A stretch of DNA of 64,000 nt, taken from the NCBI RefSeq assembly GCF_947568905.1, contig NC_079170.1, forward strand, positions 1,798,001 to 1,862,000. The letters are read 5' to 3'. The translations under genes and the position numbers were made by a program. The notes under the pieces are model-generated. The model saw nothing but the letters and a program-made list of their open reading frames with translations. It did no database searches and was not told the origin of the DNA. Below are positions 1 to 11,340 of the stretch, piece after piece (the stretch's first letter is position 1; each line of letters opens with the position of its first letter). The DNA comes from Ostrea edulis. Lineage: Eukaryota.

Positions 1-2128
1 CATTTACTAAAACTAACACAGAGGAAGAAAACAGTAACCACGTTGGAGATTGGCATTTCTTCTCAAATTCTGCAAAAGTTTCTTCATCGAATAGTTTTGA
101 AATTGTGGATGATTTTTCCATGCATTCAGTTTCATGTAAATCTCCAAAGAGATGCTGATTTTTTTTAATCCATCGAAGCGAGGAGATATGTAAACAATCA
201 CAATCTAAAGGGTTCCCTTTGATAAAAAGCTGCGCTTTTTTGAGATTGTGGAGTGTGTGAAAATCAGAGGGTTTCAATGACGAAATTTTGTTAGATTGAA
301 GATATAAATGCGTTAGGTTGAGTAAAGGTTCTACTACAGATGGAATAGACGATAAATAGTTGTTCTCAAGATAAAGACCGGATAAATATGTTTGATCTTT
401 CAAAAGAGATGGCGGAAGTTTATGAATGAAAAGTTTTCGCAGGTCTAGCTGACGAAAGTTTTTCAGACCTCGGAAGATTTTACTCATGTTTAGTCCAGCA
501 TTTAAATTCAAGTTCGTGTTTGACGCTCCAAATTGTTCCAATTTTGTTAATTTTTGTAATAACTAAAACGAAATATCAGTGCAGTTGTTGTCAGAAATAT
601 CAAGAATTTGCAACTGGGGGAAATTCATCTGCCTAGAATTCTAAATGGAAAATTTGTTTGAGACATATTCAGCACCTTCAATCCTTCGCCTACAAAGTTC
701 AAATGAATCTTATAAGAATCACTGAGAACGTGAATGTGATTGTGAGAAAATAGCAAAGTTTCTAATTCCTTTGAAAACGTAAATGTAATAGTCGGTCTCC
801 CGTTCAAATGCGTTTGTTCTGAACCATCAGCGATATCCGCCACACACCTTATGTTATTAAAACTAAGATCTAAGTATTTTAGTTTAGGGTAATTTTGCAA
901 AAATTTAATTAAATTAATCAAATTGAGCACAATAGAGAAGCCTATGACTTCAATTCTGTTATGGGAGAGATTAAGATGTTCAATACATTTTCCCATGGTT
1001 GAGCCTTGTGGTTCTACGGAAATACCTGCGATTCGGTTACTGCTAAAATCTACTTCCTTGACGCAGACACTCAGCAGATATTCGCAATTACTTTCATTTA
1101 GAATAAATGGTTGATGGATAATATTCCGAACATTTTCAATAGCATGTATATAGTCTATACTTCGGTTTTGCAGACACTTTAAGGTTCTAAGTACTGCACT
1201 CAAGCCACACTTACCGCCAAAGTTGATTTCAACACCCTTTAGATATGGAAAATAACAAAGGAGATATTCACTGACGTCACAATGCACGTCGTACACAAAT
1301 ATCATCCTCAAGTTATGGATGGGTGAATCTGATAATCCGCTAAATGTGTTGTTGGTTAAGTGGAACATGGACCCGGTGGTATAGAATTCCACATCGCTCA
1401 ATTTTTTTAGACGTTTAAAATCGTTTTTAAATACAAATCCTTCAAATACATCGATATGAAGCGTTTTCAAAGCTAGCAATCTCGTTATTTCTCGATCAGG
1501 ATAACCTTTACGTCTGTTGCGGATTTTGTGAAAGACATTACCTTGTGCGTATAAAATTTCCAATTTTCCAAGATTTGAGAATGCACATTCTCTGAGAGAA
1601 GCTGTGTGAAGTTTACAGTATGAAACATCCAGAACACACAGTTTATACAGCCATTTAAAAGAAAAGCTACCTATAATTTGTAGTTCATTATATCTGAAGT
1701 ATAAAGCTGTTACGTTCCTCAAAAGCCCTTTCTTGACACCTGTGAAAGTAGTTTGGGAAATCGATGTAAACTTATTTCTGGAGAGGTCAATCGAAAAAGT
1801 TCTGTCTTCAGTTTTTCCTGTGGTGAGACTAGGAATTCGTTTTAAGTTCAATTGACTACAATTCCATAACCATCCGCTATTATTGCATTCATCTGTATAA
1901 CGTTGAAGTCTACAGTTTGCTTCTTCATTGCTTTCTAAAACTTAAAAATATTGAAGATATTTAGAATGAAGTATAAACACCATAGATACATGTCAATAAA
2001 ACAAATGTTAAAATTCAATTATCTCAAAGGACATGAATATTCTGAATTACATATATTAAAATCTTCAAACACTTACTTGAAATTCGAAAAAGAATGATTA
2101 GGCAGCAAGTAAATTGTGTTGTTATCAT
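1..2128 (-). pseudogene. TLR: Toll-like receptor A1, disrupted; runs off the window at position 1 (TM onward outside)
   Basis: Exon 1 2128-2077 (MITTQFTCCLIILFRIS, GTAAGT donor), exon 2 from 1940. Close paralogue of A2/A3. 1-bp deletion at ~634 (cctagaatt vs cctaagaatt) gives FRILGR-stop at 625; a second lesion CAG>TAG at 563-565 lies in the restored frame; in-frame 18-bp insertion near 900-917. The remaining frame to position 1 encodes LRRs, LRRCT (GNPLDCDC) and the start of the TM. Confidence 0.9.
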
Positions 2129-2220
2129 GATTTCAAATACAATCTGAGCATCCTTTTCTAACTATCACCTTTTCTATTTTGTTTTCAACAAGACAATGGA
2201 GGAAGATATTTGAAAAGATT

Positions 2221-2320
2221 AGATGACAGGGAAAATAGATTAAGATATTGCAGTAAATCATGTTATGATAAGATGACAGGGAAATTAGATTAAGATATTG
2301 CAGTGAATCGTATTATGGTA
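2221..2320. repeat. 50-bp tandem duplication upstream of A1
   Basis: AGATGACAGGGAAA(A/T)TAGATTAAGATATTGCAGT.AATC.T.TTATG.TA twice; once in units II and III. Confidence 0.9.
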
Positions 2321-2340
2321 AGATATCCCGATATGACACG

Positions 2341-2950
2341 GTGAAGATAACGATTAGTCATTAATCTCTTATACGAAACACTCCAAAATAAAATCAAAAG
2401 TTTGGCAAACACAGAACCCTGGATATACCAGAGGTGGGATCAGACAAACACAGAACCCTGGATATACCAGAGGTGGGATCAGACAAACACAGAACCCTGG
2501 ATATACCAGAGGTGGGATCAGACAAACACAGAACTCTGGATATACCAGAGGTGGGATCAGACAAACACAGAACCCTGGATATACCAGAGGTGGGATCAGG
2601 TGCTTTTGGAGGAGTAAGCACCCCCCTGTCGACCGGTGAAGTCCACCGTGAGCCAAATGTCTTGATCAGATAAACGGAGTAATCCGTAGTCAAAATCAGT
2701 GTGTAAAGAACGACCTAACAATCGGTTTGAAACTCGTCAGACACTATTTGACCCAATGATAGTTTGTATTGACAAACTAGATCGTTCGAAGTATCATACA
2801 ATTTCCTCTGTTACATGAACTTTTGTGTCAGTAGCCTGCCTCGATTTTAAAAAAAAACCTCACCATACACAGAGCAATCCCTTTCGTAATGAGTCAGTTG
2901 AAAGACATAAACATCATATAATGCGATAATGGGATATATATCCAAATAAA
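2341..2950 (-). mobile_element. Naiad-like 3' end ~210 bp upstream of the A1 start (copies ~23590-24060 and ~46405-47080)
   Basis: gtgaagataacga..caaacacagaaccctgga..gaggagtaagca..gaccgg terminal motif plus RT C-terminal remnant. Confidence 0.7.
2407..2600. repeat. 39-bp minisatellite, 5 copies
   Basis: CAAACACAGAACCCTGGATATACCAGAGGTGGGATCAGA x5; single copy in units II and III. Confidence 0.95.
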
Positions 2951-5689
2951 AGTACCAATATTACACACCAGATTAATTTCATCAACTCAACTTCAGTGAT
3001 TCAGATATCTAAGGTGATATGTCAAATAGATTCATTGCTTTGGAATTAAGGAATATCGGAACTATAATTATTGGCTCTTCAGAAAAAATTACGAAAATTG
3101 TACTCTAGTAGGGTAACTTTTGTACAAAAATATTAGTGTTGGCTACATGTAAATAGGATTCATTGTGAGAAAAATCCGCCTGCGTTAAAGATTTTTTTTA
3201 ATTATTACACACACATATAATCATATCATATGAGTATCAATCTATTATCCACGTAGCAATAGAGGGTGGGATCGGGGGATGCTCACTCCCACGTTTTTGG
3301 GAATTGAACTTAGCTCAATTTTCAAAGTATTGGGCATAGCGTGTATGATCATATTTAGAGGGCGTTTTGAACGAGCCGCACCGCATCTTTACCTTTTTTC
3401 ATACATAACGGACATGATAGAAAACCTCCACTCACAGATACAATCCTACACGTGTATTCAAAACTTCATTCCAATAAAAAAGTATTTGTTTCATCAAGTT
3501 TAAACAGCATCACATATAATACAGAAACTTGGATTTATTTTTTTTTCCAGATTAGTGTGTATGTATAAATAAAATGATATTCATCTTTAATCTTCACTGA
3601 CATGAAACTTCAAACTTGCAGGCTAAACACTATCTCGACGAGTTAATTGCCAGTTAGAGTAGCTGACAGTAATAACATATTACATGTACGTAATGTGTCC
3701 GAGTCTCTGTATGTATTAGATAAAGAATATATATAGATTTATTTAATCAATGTTAACTGAACAAAATTTCTTGAAAAAAATATTAAAGAAAATAGAGGAA
3801 GATTTTTTATATATAATTATTTTTTTCTTTAAATGTTTGAACAGTTCGACTCCCAGACATCAGTCCGTACATTCATATGTTTTCTGTGTGCAAAGATGAA
3901 TTTATTGGTATTTATATAGCAATAGCAATATAATTTTACTTCTAAAACGTAATTTGATTGTCTGAGCACACTTATGAGAAATAGTTTATAATGTATAATG
4001 TCATTTGGTATGCAGACACCCCCCCCCCCCCATTGACTACACTAGACGGCACTACTTTTTTTTTCACTTTCCAACACTGTTAAAATCAACAGAATTAAAC
4101 CGGCACGATAATATATTTTTTGTTAGGCAATGTTTTGTCATGATTTCAAACAAAACGTATATTTTCTTACAAGACACCAACTGTAAAAATTCAATACAAA
4201 CTCCTATACAACGATATCATATGCGAAATAATGATATATCAAATATTTGAAATTTTGCTGTTTCATTATGAAATATATTATCACTTGGGGGGAGGGGGGG
4301 GGGGAGTGCTTGATCCGCCTATCACAAAACAAAAATCTTTCACGTCTTGCAAAATTTACGTCACATCGAATGACATGCATGTGGATCACTATCTGTGAAT
4401 TGCTGACATATCGTCCTGTGTCGGGTTTAAATGAAGACCATGTTATATTTTATAAGATATGGAAACTTTTATAGAATCAAAAATCAAAAATTATATTGCC
4501 ATTTCTGGTAGCCGTACACAACGTAGTTTTGTGTGATGGTACTTTCTGTCGGAGCGTTTTCAAAGTCAATCTTGCTCTGGGAACTAATCATTAGGCCTAC
4601 AGCTATAGCGAAAACATAACTTATATAATCAACTTTCGTCACAAACTCAACCTCACATTTTAAAATTTGATAAATAAATACATGCTCCAGTTGTGCGAAA
4701 AACACGGCTTCCTTCGTGGTCGTCACTTCGTCTGTATGTTGCTAAACGAATCCCTGCGTGGTGCAAGAAATTTATATTTATCAGCGTTTATTAAACGTTA
4801 TTTATACGCTATAAACTTGCACAGTGTAGCTTTGTCTTCTAATTTGCATTAAATGACAAGGAATGAAGATAATTTTGACCTACATGTATGTTATATGATG
4901 TTATATAACTTGGTGAGGGTTACGCCCCTTACATGTACGCGTGACCCCCCCCCCCCCCACGGATTATAAAGCGTAAACGGCACCGAACTAAAACATATCT
5001 AATAGCATAGGTCAAGCTTAACTTCAAATGAATGGTAGTGGGAATGTGAGGTTGAACAGATGAGGATAAACACTTGGCAGCCACTAATGTGTTTAAAAGT
5101 TTGAGCAGAGGTACTTTTATTTATTGCTGATTCAGATTTTTCAGACAAATTAGAGTCATAGAAACTATATGTTATTTTGCACTTTATAGATTAATAAAAT
5201 AATAATAATAATAATAATAATTGTCTCCGTATGCGCCTTGTAGAAACCCCCCTTACACAAAAGACTCATACTTTAAGTCTAATGAGGCAATCGTTGTTTG
5301 AAGAGAGACTTATAACAGCGGGAAAGTCGCGCCATGGACAAATACTTCAGGCAATTTTAGAAAATGGATTACAACCTAGAGTTGTACATTTACTACCCAA
5401 ATGCCAAAATGGCCATTTGTGTATAATATGTTCAATCAAGGTGGGGGATCCAAGCCACTTTACTTCCCTCTAAATTTGCCATTTCTCTTAGTAACACCGG
5501 AATCATTTATTTTCCAATTCGTACGACGGACGTGAATAGAAATAATTTGTTTTGTAGTAACTTCCGCAACTAGCAAATCACATATGTTAGCAGATATTTA
5601 ATGAAGAAAGAATTGTTGAATAAACAATGAAAAATTGAAGGAAATAAGTGTCGCAAATGAATTATGTAATAGGAATGAAATATTCTTAA

Positions 5690-6935
5690 AAAAAGAAATC
5701 AAATTTAGACAATATATGCTTCATTTTTTTTAATAAATTTGAAACAATATTCCATATGATTTAGCTAGACGTCCATGCACGATAATATCAGATACAAAAA
5801 GTCTGAACATTCGTCTCGTCTCGAAGGAAAAAAAAGAAAACAGTCTTACAAACACGTTATACTAGGGACTTAATTAAAAACGGAATTAACAAAGCAAAAT
5901 CACATGAAAGAAAATACCTCTTTACAGTGAAAAATGCATGTAAATCTATTAATTGTGTCATACCATACGTCTCAACAGATAACCTCAAAAATCCGAAAGT
6001 TTTTAAAACTTATCCAAAATGACTTTGCTATCTTACAAGCCAACAAGGACACGAAAAACAAAATCATCAATAGTAAAGGACAGAAACCTTCATTAAAATT
6101 CATTCTAACCAGAGACTGTTTTATCAGTAATATCAAAGAAATCCTATCATCACTAAATGCAACAAAACAAGATGCGCTACATGCCCGTACATAGCACAAG
6201 GGTCCCAATTTTTCTGGTAAAACGGAAGTAACTTTACGGTGAAAACGTCAAGACATGCAGTAGTCCCCCACCTTATGGTATTCTCTGTTCCAGATGTTGT
6301 GAGAATTACATGCAAATCTGGTGCATCAAAATTGGTACCGTATAAGTTTTACATTATGACCCCTGGGTCGAGGCCTCTGCTGGTGGACTGTTAGTCCCCG
6401 AGGGTCTCTACAGCCCAGTAGCTAAGTACTTCGTTTCTAGCTTCAAAATACGGATGTATATTTAGTTCCTGTTATAAAATGTAGAAATTCATTTCAAAAA
6501 TTAAGGATAATCTCCCTCACGCATAGCTCTTATCCTTAGTAGAATTTCACTCCACTTTCTTTGGCACATTGTTTTCCCTATAATAGCCCTTAAACTTCAT
6601 TGTTATTTCGGATTTCAAATATTTCGGTTGAGCATCACTGCAGAGGCATTATTTGTCGAAATGCGCATCCGATGCATCAAAATTGGTACCGTATAAGTTT
6701 TACATTGGCCACACAGAAGACATCGTGAGACACCGCACGATCGTTCACCAACAGATCCCAAAACCTAAATACCAGTGCATCCATGTATTAAGGAAACGCA
6801 TTAGAACTGTTGCAAAAACATAAATCCTCATGTCATCGTTTTCCCATTTATAAATTTAACAATGGCCAACAGAAAAAGAAACCAAAAGAAAAAATATTCA
6901 CTCTAAAATATAAACCTTACTTGAATGCTACATAA
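5690..6935 (+). mobile_element. Degenerate Penelope-like element with C-terminal GIY-YIG endonuclease (Neptune/Penelope type), interrupted by R1
   Basis: Frameshifted translation: LARRxCTIISD, NGINKAK, VIPYVST, KCNKTRCATCPYI, TCSS..YGILCSRCCENY|IGHTED..RHR..VH, FPFYK, KYKPYLN-stop; matches the RT thumb, Cys knuckle and GIY-YIG order of EN+ PLEs. Confidence 0.75.
6312..6705 (+). mobile_element. Retrozyme-like hammerhead repeat R1 (one 351-nt monomer plus 36-nt tail)
   Basis: Two ATC/TGGTGC-type cleavage sites at 6318 and 6669; HHR at ~6632-6675 has the core mutated to CTGCAGA; flanked by duplicated TTACAT (6306-6311, 6700-6705). Confidence 0.85.
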
Positions 6936-7321
6936 TTTAGTTTTACAAAGTAACACCATTTTTATTTCTCCCTGGCAATTATTCAAAAATATGATTTTCC
7001 CGTATTATTTAGCCTAAGTTATACCATGACATTATAATAAACTTTACTTTGAAATCACTCATCGTCGGAACCCATGACTTTTCTTTCCGTTACACTACGC
7101 GTTGAATGCAGTGTGACAAAGAAAATTTGGTGGGTTCCAATGACGGTACACATTGTGTAAATGTGTTACCAAACAATATTCATTACACTAGACCGGTTGA
7201 CCGTTTAGGCAAGCGAAAAACTCGCTTTCAAATTACTCCATGTACTTGCCACGTTGTCACCCGATCCGACTTTTTCGATTAGTATAACTAGCCTAAGTAA
7301 CAAATAAAACTCTAATCACCC

Positions 7322-7957
7322 CAAATAATGTCTCTTCAGTGATGATTGAAAATACGGATGTATATTTAATTGCTGTTATAAAATTTAGAAATTCATTTCA
7401 AAATTAAGGATTATCTCTCTCATGGATAGCTCTTATCCTTAGACGAATTTGACTCCACTTTTTGACACACTGTTTTCCCCTATAATAGCCCTAAAACTTC
7501 ATTGGTATTACGGAATCCAAATATGTCGGTTGAGCATCAATGAAGAATCATTATTTGTCGAAATGCGCATCTGGTTCATCAAAATTGGTACCGTATAAGT
7601 TTTACATTATGACCCCTGTGTCGAGGCCTCTGCTGGTGGACTATTAGTCCCCGAGGGTCTCTACAGCCCAGTAGCTAAGTACTTCGTTACTAGCTTGAAA
7701 ATACGGATTTATATTTAATTGCTGTTAAAAATTTAGATATTCATTTCAAAATTAAGGATTATCTCCCTCATGCATAGCTTTTATCCTTGGATGAATTTGG
7801 CTCCACTTTTTTGGCACGCTGTTTTTGGATATATTTAGCTCTAAAATTTCATAGTTATTTCGGATTTCAAACATTTCGGTTGAGCATCACTGAAGAGACA
7901 TTATTTGTCGAAATGCGCATCTGGTGCATCAAAATTGGTACCGTATAAGTTTTACAT
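7322..7957 (+). mobile_element. Retrozyme-like hammerhead repeat R3 (~1.7 monomers, short inverted piece at the 5' end)
   Basis: Cleavage sites at 7571 and 7921 (350 nt apart); ends at TTTTACAT; 7322-7344 is the reverse complement of the HHR core/stem II. Confidence 0.87.
7880..7932 (+). ncRNA. Minimal type I hammerhead ribozyme with fully consensus core
   Basis: TTGA-GCATCA CTGAAGA GACA-ttatt-TGTC GAAA TGCGCA TC|TGGTGC-a-TCAA: stem I GCATCA/TGGTGC, core CUGAnGA, 4-bp stem II, GAAA, palindromic short helix III, AUC cleavage triplet. Confidence 0.85.
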
Positions 7958-9005
7958 CATAGACAGTTGCTTCTTTAATAAAAATGGAAAATGCAAATAT
8001 TCCTATCTAGTGATAAGTCATCCAAAAAAAAACATACTTTGCTTTCACACACAATTATCCTGAAGTTGAAATAAAAAATATGCTAGAGTTCCTCATGGAA
8101 AATATCTTCGTGGTCTTTGGTAATCAGGTCTTCCAACAATCTCTTGGAATGCTAATGGTTACGAATTCTGCTTCCTTGCTAGCTGACCTGTTTTTATATT
8201 CATTTGAAGCAGAATTTATTTAAAAACTTCTACACGAGAAGAAATAATCGACATTTAGCTATATACATGATATATTATCTATTAACTTTAATACTTTTCA
8301 TTCATGAAAGGTGAAGATAACGAACAGTGATCAATCTCATAAATCCTATAAGCAATACAAAATAGATCGTTTGGCAAACACGGACCCCTGCCCACACCAG
8401 AGATGGCATCAGGTGACTAGAAGTACTAAGTGTCCCCTGTTGACCGGTCACACCCGCCGTGAGCCCTATATCCCGATCAGATAAACGAAGTTATACGTAG
8501 TCCAAATCAGTGTGCCAAGAACGGTCTAACAATCGGTATGAAACATGCCAGCCAGCATCTGACCCAATGATAGGTTGTATTATCAATTCAATACATCCCA
8601 GTCAACTCGAAAAGACGCCACAGGGTCGTCCACTTTCGCTTCATACTAAGATATTTAATTGAAAATAGATATTAACGGCAATCTAACAACTCAACTTCAT
8701 GACAAACGGGATGATTGCAGCATCTCTATCGTCAACTTCCCATATTTATGTAGCAATATTCCATTATCACCTGTATATGGTGTTTCTATATCTCAAATGA
8801 TTTGATACGCAATAGCTTGTTCTACGTATGTTCAGTTCTTAAATCGAGGAAGTCTACTGACAAACAGCCTGATGGTGGAGGGATTGTTTTAAATCAGCAT
8901 TTAGTAAATTCTATGGTCGTTATAACGATCTAGTTTGCCAATACAACCTATCATTGGGATAAATGCTGGCTGACGTGTTTCATGCCGTTTGCTATGCCAT
9001 TCTTA
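7958..9005 (+). mobile_element. Naiad-like RT fragment split by an inverted terminal copy (8306-8583, minus); unit II copy 29484-30530
   Basis: MLEFLMENIFVVFGNQVFQQSLG..LADLFLYSFEAEF before, and DKRDD..IVNFPYLCSNIPLSP after, the inverted gaaaggtgaagataacg... block. Confidence 0.75.
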
Positions 9006-9569
9006 CACAATGTCTAATTAGGTCGAAAACTGAATAACTACTAAATCTGAAACCTATATTTATATGATTTAATTCTTATTATATCCTTGTCTCTGATCGA
9101 TCACATTCCAATTGAGGAATGCAGGTTATTTTTGTATAATCTGGTTTGGTATAGGGACATACCCCCTTGACAACCAGATGCCGGAACTATTTTTCTCTCT
9201 CTAAATGTACATCGCAGCACTGTTTTCAGCCTTCTATGGACTAGATAATCAGCGTGAACAATAAGTTACTTTGGTTTGATACACATATTGTTTTCTCCTT
9301 GTCAATATTAGCATCTACTTGTACGAAAATAACTGTTGTAAAAGATCTTTTTCTGTATGATGGTTGAAAAATAGATTAAAACTAAGATATTATATCAGTT
9401 TTGATGATTTACCAAGTAAGCACTGTCCTGTACATTTTGAAATGCATTTCTCACTGGGGAGAGGGGGTCAGTGCTTGTTCCGCCTTTCAACAAAACAAAC
9501 AAAAAATAATACGTCACATTTTATCACATGACGTTAGTCACATTGACATGTGGATCGCAATTTGCCACT

Positions 9570-10010
9570 TGCTTATACCTGAAGGGTGAAAATAACAAAC
9601 AGTGATCAATCTAATAACTCCTATAAGCAATACAAAATAGATAGTTGGGCAAACACGGACCCCTGGACACAACAGAGGTGAGATCGGGTGCCTAGGAGGA
9701 GTAAGCATCGGACCGGTCACACCCGCCGTGAGCCCTATACCCTGATCAGGTAAACGGAGTTATCCGTAGTTAAAACCAGTGTGCCAAGAACGGCTTAACA
9801 ATCGGTATGAAACATGTCAGACAGCATTTAACCCAATAATAGGTTGTACTGATGAACTAGATAATTATAACGACCATAGAATTTGCGAAATGCTGACTTC
9901 AATCGAGACTGTTGAAACCCCTGTACCATCAATTTGTTTGTCAGTAACTTGCCTTGATCTAAAAAAAAAAATGACTATACACAGAACAAGCTCTTGCTTA
10001 TCGAATGAGC
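9570..10010 (-). mobile_element. Naiad-like 3' end (unit II copy ~31108-31540)
   Basis: Terminal motif plus reverse-complement GFQQSRLKSAFRKFYGRYN-coding sequence. Confidence 0.72.
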
Positions 10011-10487
10011 TACATATAATTTCTTGTGTTGGATTTAATAATAGCGACAACGTTGCATGCAATGGCAAGTTTTCATGATGTAGAATTCTTTACAGAGTTA
10101 AATGTCTCAAAGTATTGTAATTTCCGATATTTGAAGATGTATTTTGGGTAGGCCTAAACAATGGAAGTTCCCGTATTTTTTCAATGTGTGGGAGATGAGA
10201 GACTTCAAAGTCGATCTCTATTTCTAAAGGGCAGCGAAAGACACATTGCATGTATAGTCTACACATATTTTCTATCATGACAAACTTCACCTTCGATACA
10301 ATATTTTTATCAATAGGCTAGGTTCGTAGACCTACATTGTAAGATTAAAGATGGCGAGCTTCACAGCTAGACGCTTCGTCGTTGTTGCTAAGTAAATCAT
10401 TACGCGGCTCAGTTGACTTGTATTTTTCCGAGTTTATGTACATTATGATAAACGAAGGTTAGTATCTTTGTCTCTTGTACTAAATCA

Positions 10488-10650
10488 TAAGGAATTACTT
10501 TAATTTTAGGGCAAGTTATACGAGTATAACCTGGTTTGGGTCAGTGTGCGCTCTTTGATAATCCGTTTCGCTTCGAGGATTATAAAGCGTAAACTGATCC
10601 AAACCAGGTTTTACTCGCATAACTTGTCCCAGAATTAAATTCATTTCTTA
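10488..10650. repeat. 163-bp imperfect palindrome / foldback element (unit II copy 32016-32178)
   Basis: taaggaatt..caagttatacgagtataacctggtttgggtcagt pairs with actgatccaaaccaggttttactcgcataacttg..ttctta; ~75-bp arms. Confidence 0.8.
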
Positions 10651-10914
10651 AATATTTCTCTGGAAGTTTGATAAGCATCAAAGTTCTGGCAATCATTTTT
10701 ACAAAACAGAATGCATGAACACCAAAGATGATTTTCATGTAAGCTTTCCAACTTCATTTATAAAAGTTATATTTCCCAAAGTCGCATGCATTAGTTACAT
10801 CGGTTCTGTAACATGTCAAAATGCTTACTCTCAAGCTTTACTGTAGTTCATTCATATATATTTTGATATATTATTATGAATTACATAGCTTACATGAGAA
10901 ATATCTTTTATTTA

Positions 10915-11340
10915 CAATCGATAGCTTACAGAAACAAAGTCTTTGTTTGTAAAGTTTATTATTGCCACTGCATTTTAGACGAATTTGCATAATTCCAAAT
11001 TTAGTAACTCTGCTTATGCTCCAAGATCCTTTGAAAAGGTGAAATTCTACAACAACATGATTCCGTATTAACCACGTTTAATATCCCAGTTAGTAGGATG
11101 ATATGACTATGAATTGATATACCTATATTGAATTAAGTTTCACAAAATCCTTACACCCTGATATATGTTCTACGGTCCAGTAATTGTTTTACGAACCCCT
11201 ACATTTGCTCCTCGTGAAAATATTAACAACTGTTAAGGAGAAAATTCTAATGTATTTTGCCACAACATATACCAGAAGTGATGTGAATGGAATGTGAATT
11301 CTAAAAAAAAGCCAAATCTACAAGGTCCACACAAAGCTGA
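10915..11340 (+). mobile_element. Old Naiad-like RT N-terminal fragment (unit II ~32445-32830)
   Basis: Degenerate VFVCKVYYCHCILDEF, ILQQHDSVLTTFNIP, YLY.I.KFHK, SGVNGM.IL motifs. Confidence 0.55.

Noticed and set aside
2369-2693. 39-bp repeats as a CRISPR array, or the overlapping 71-99 aa ORFs as genes
   Set aside because: Repeats are contiguous with no spacers, the DNA is eukaryotic, and ORFs in several frames are a by-product of a stop-free 39-mer.
7135-7190. Hammerhead in the 3' region of the GIY-YIG PLE (ccaatga-cggtacacatt..aatgtgttacc-aaac)
   Set aside because: A stem II-like hairpin is present, but the core has several mismatches and stems I and III cannot be built; at best a relic.
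9040-10290. Coding relics at ~9040-9400 and ORF 10090-10290 (copy 31618-31818)
   Set aside because: No convincing domain similarity; persistence is explained by the recent duplication.
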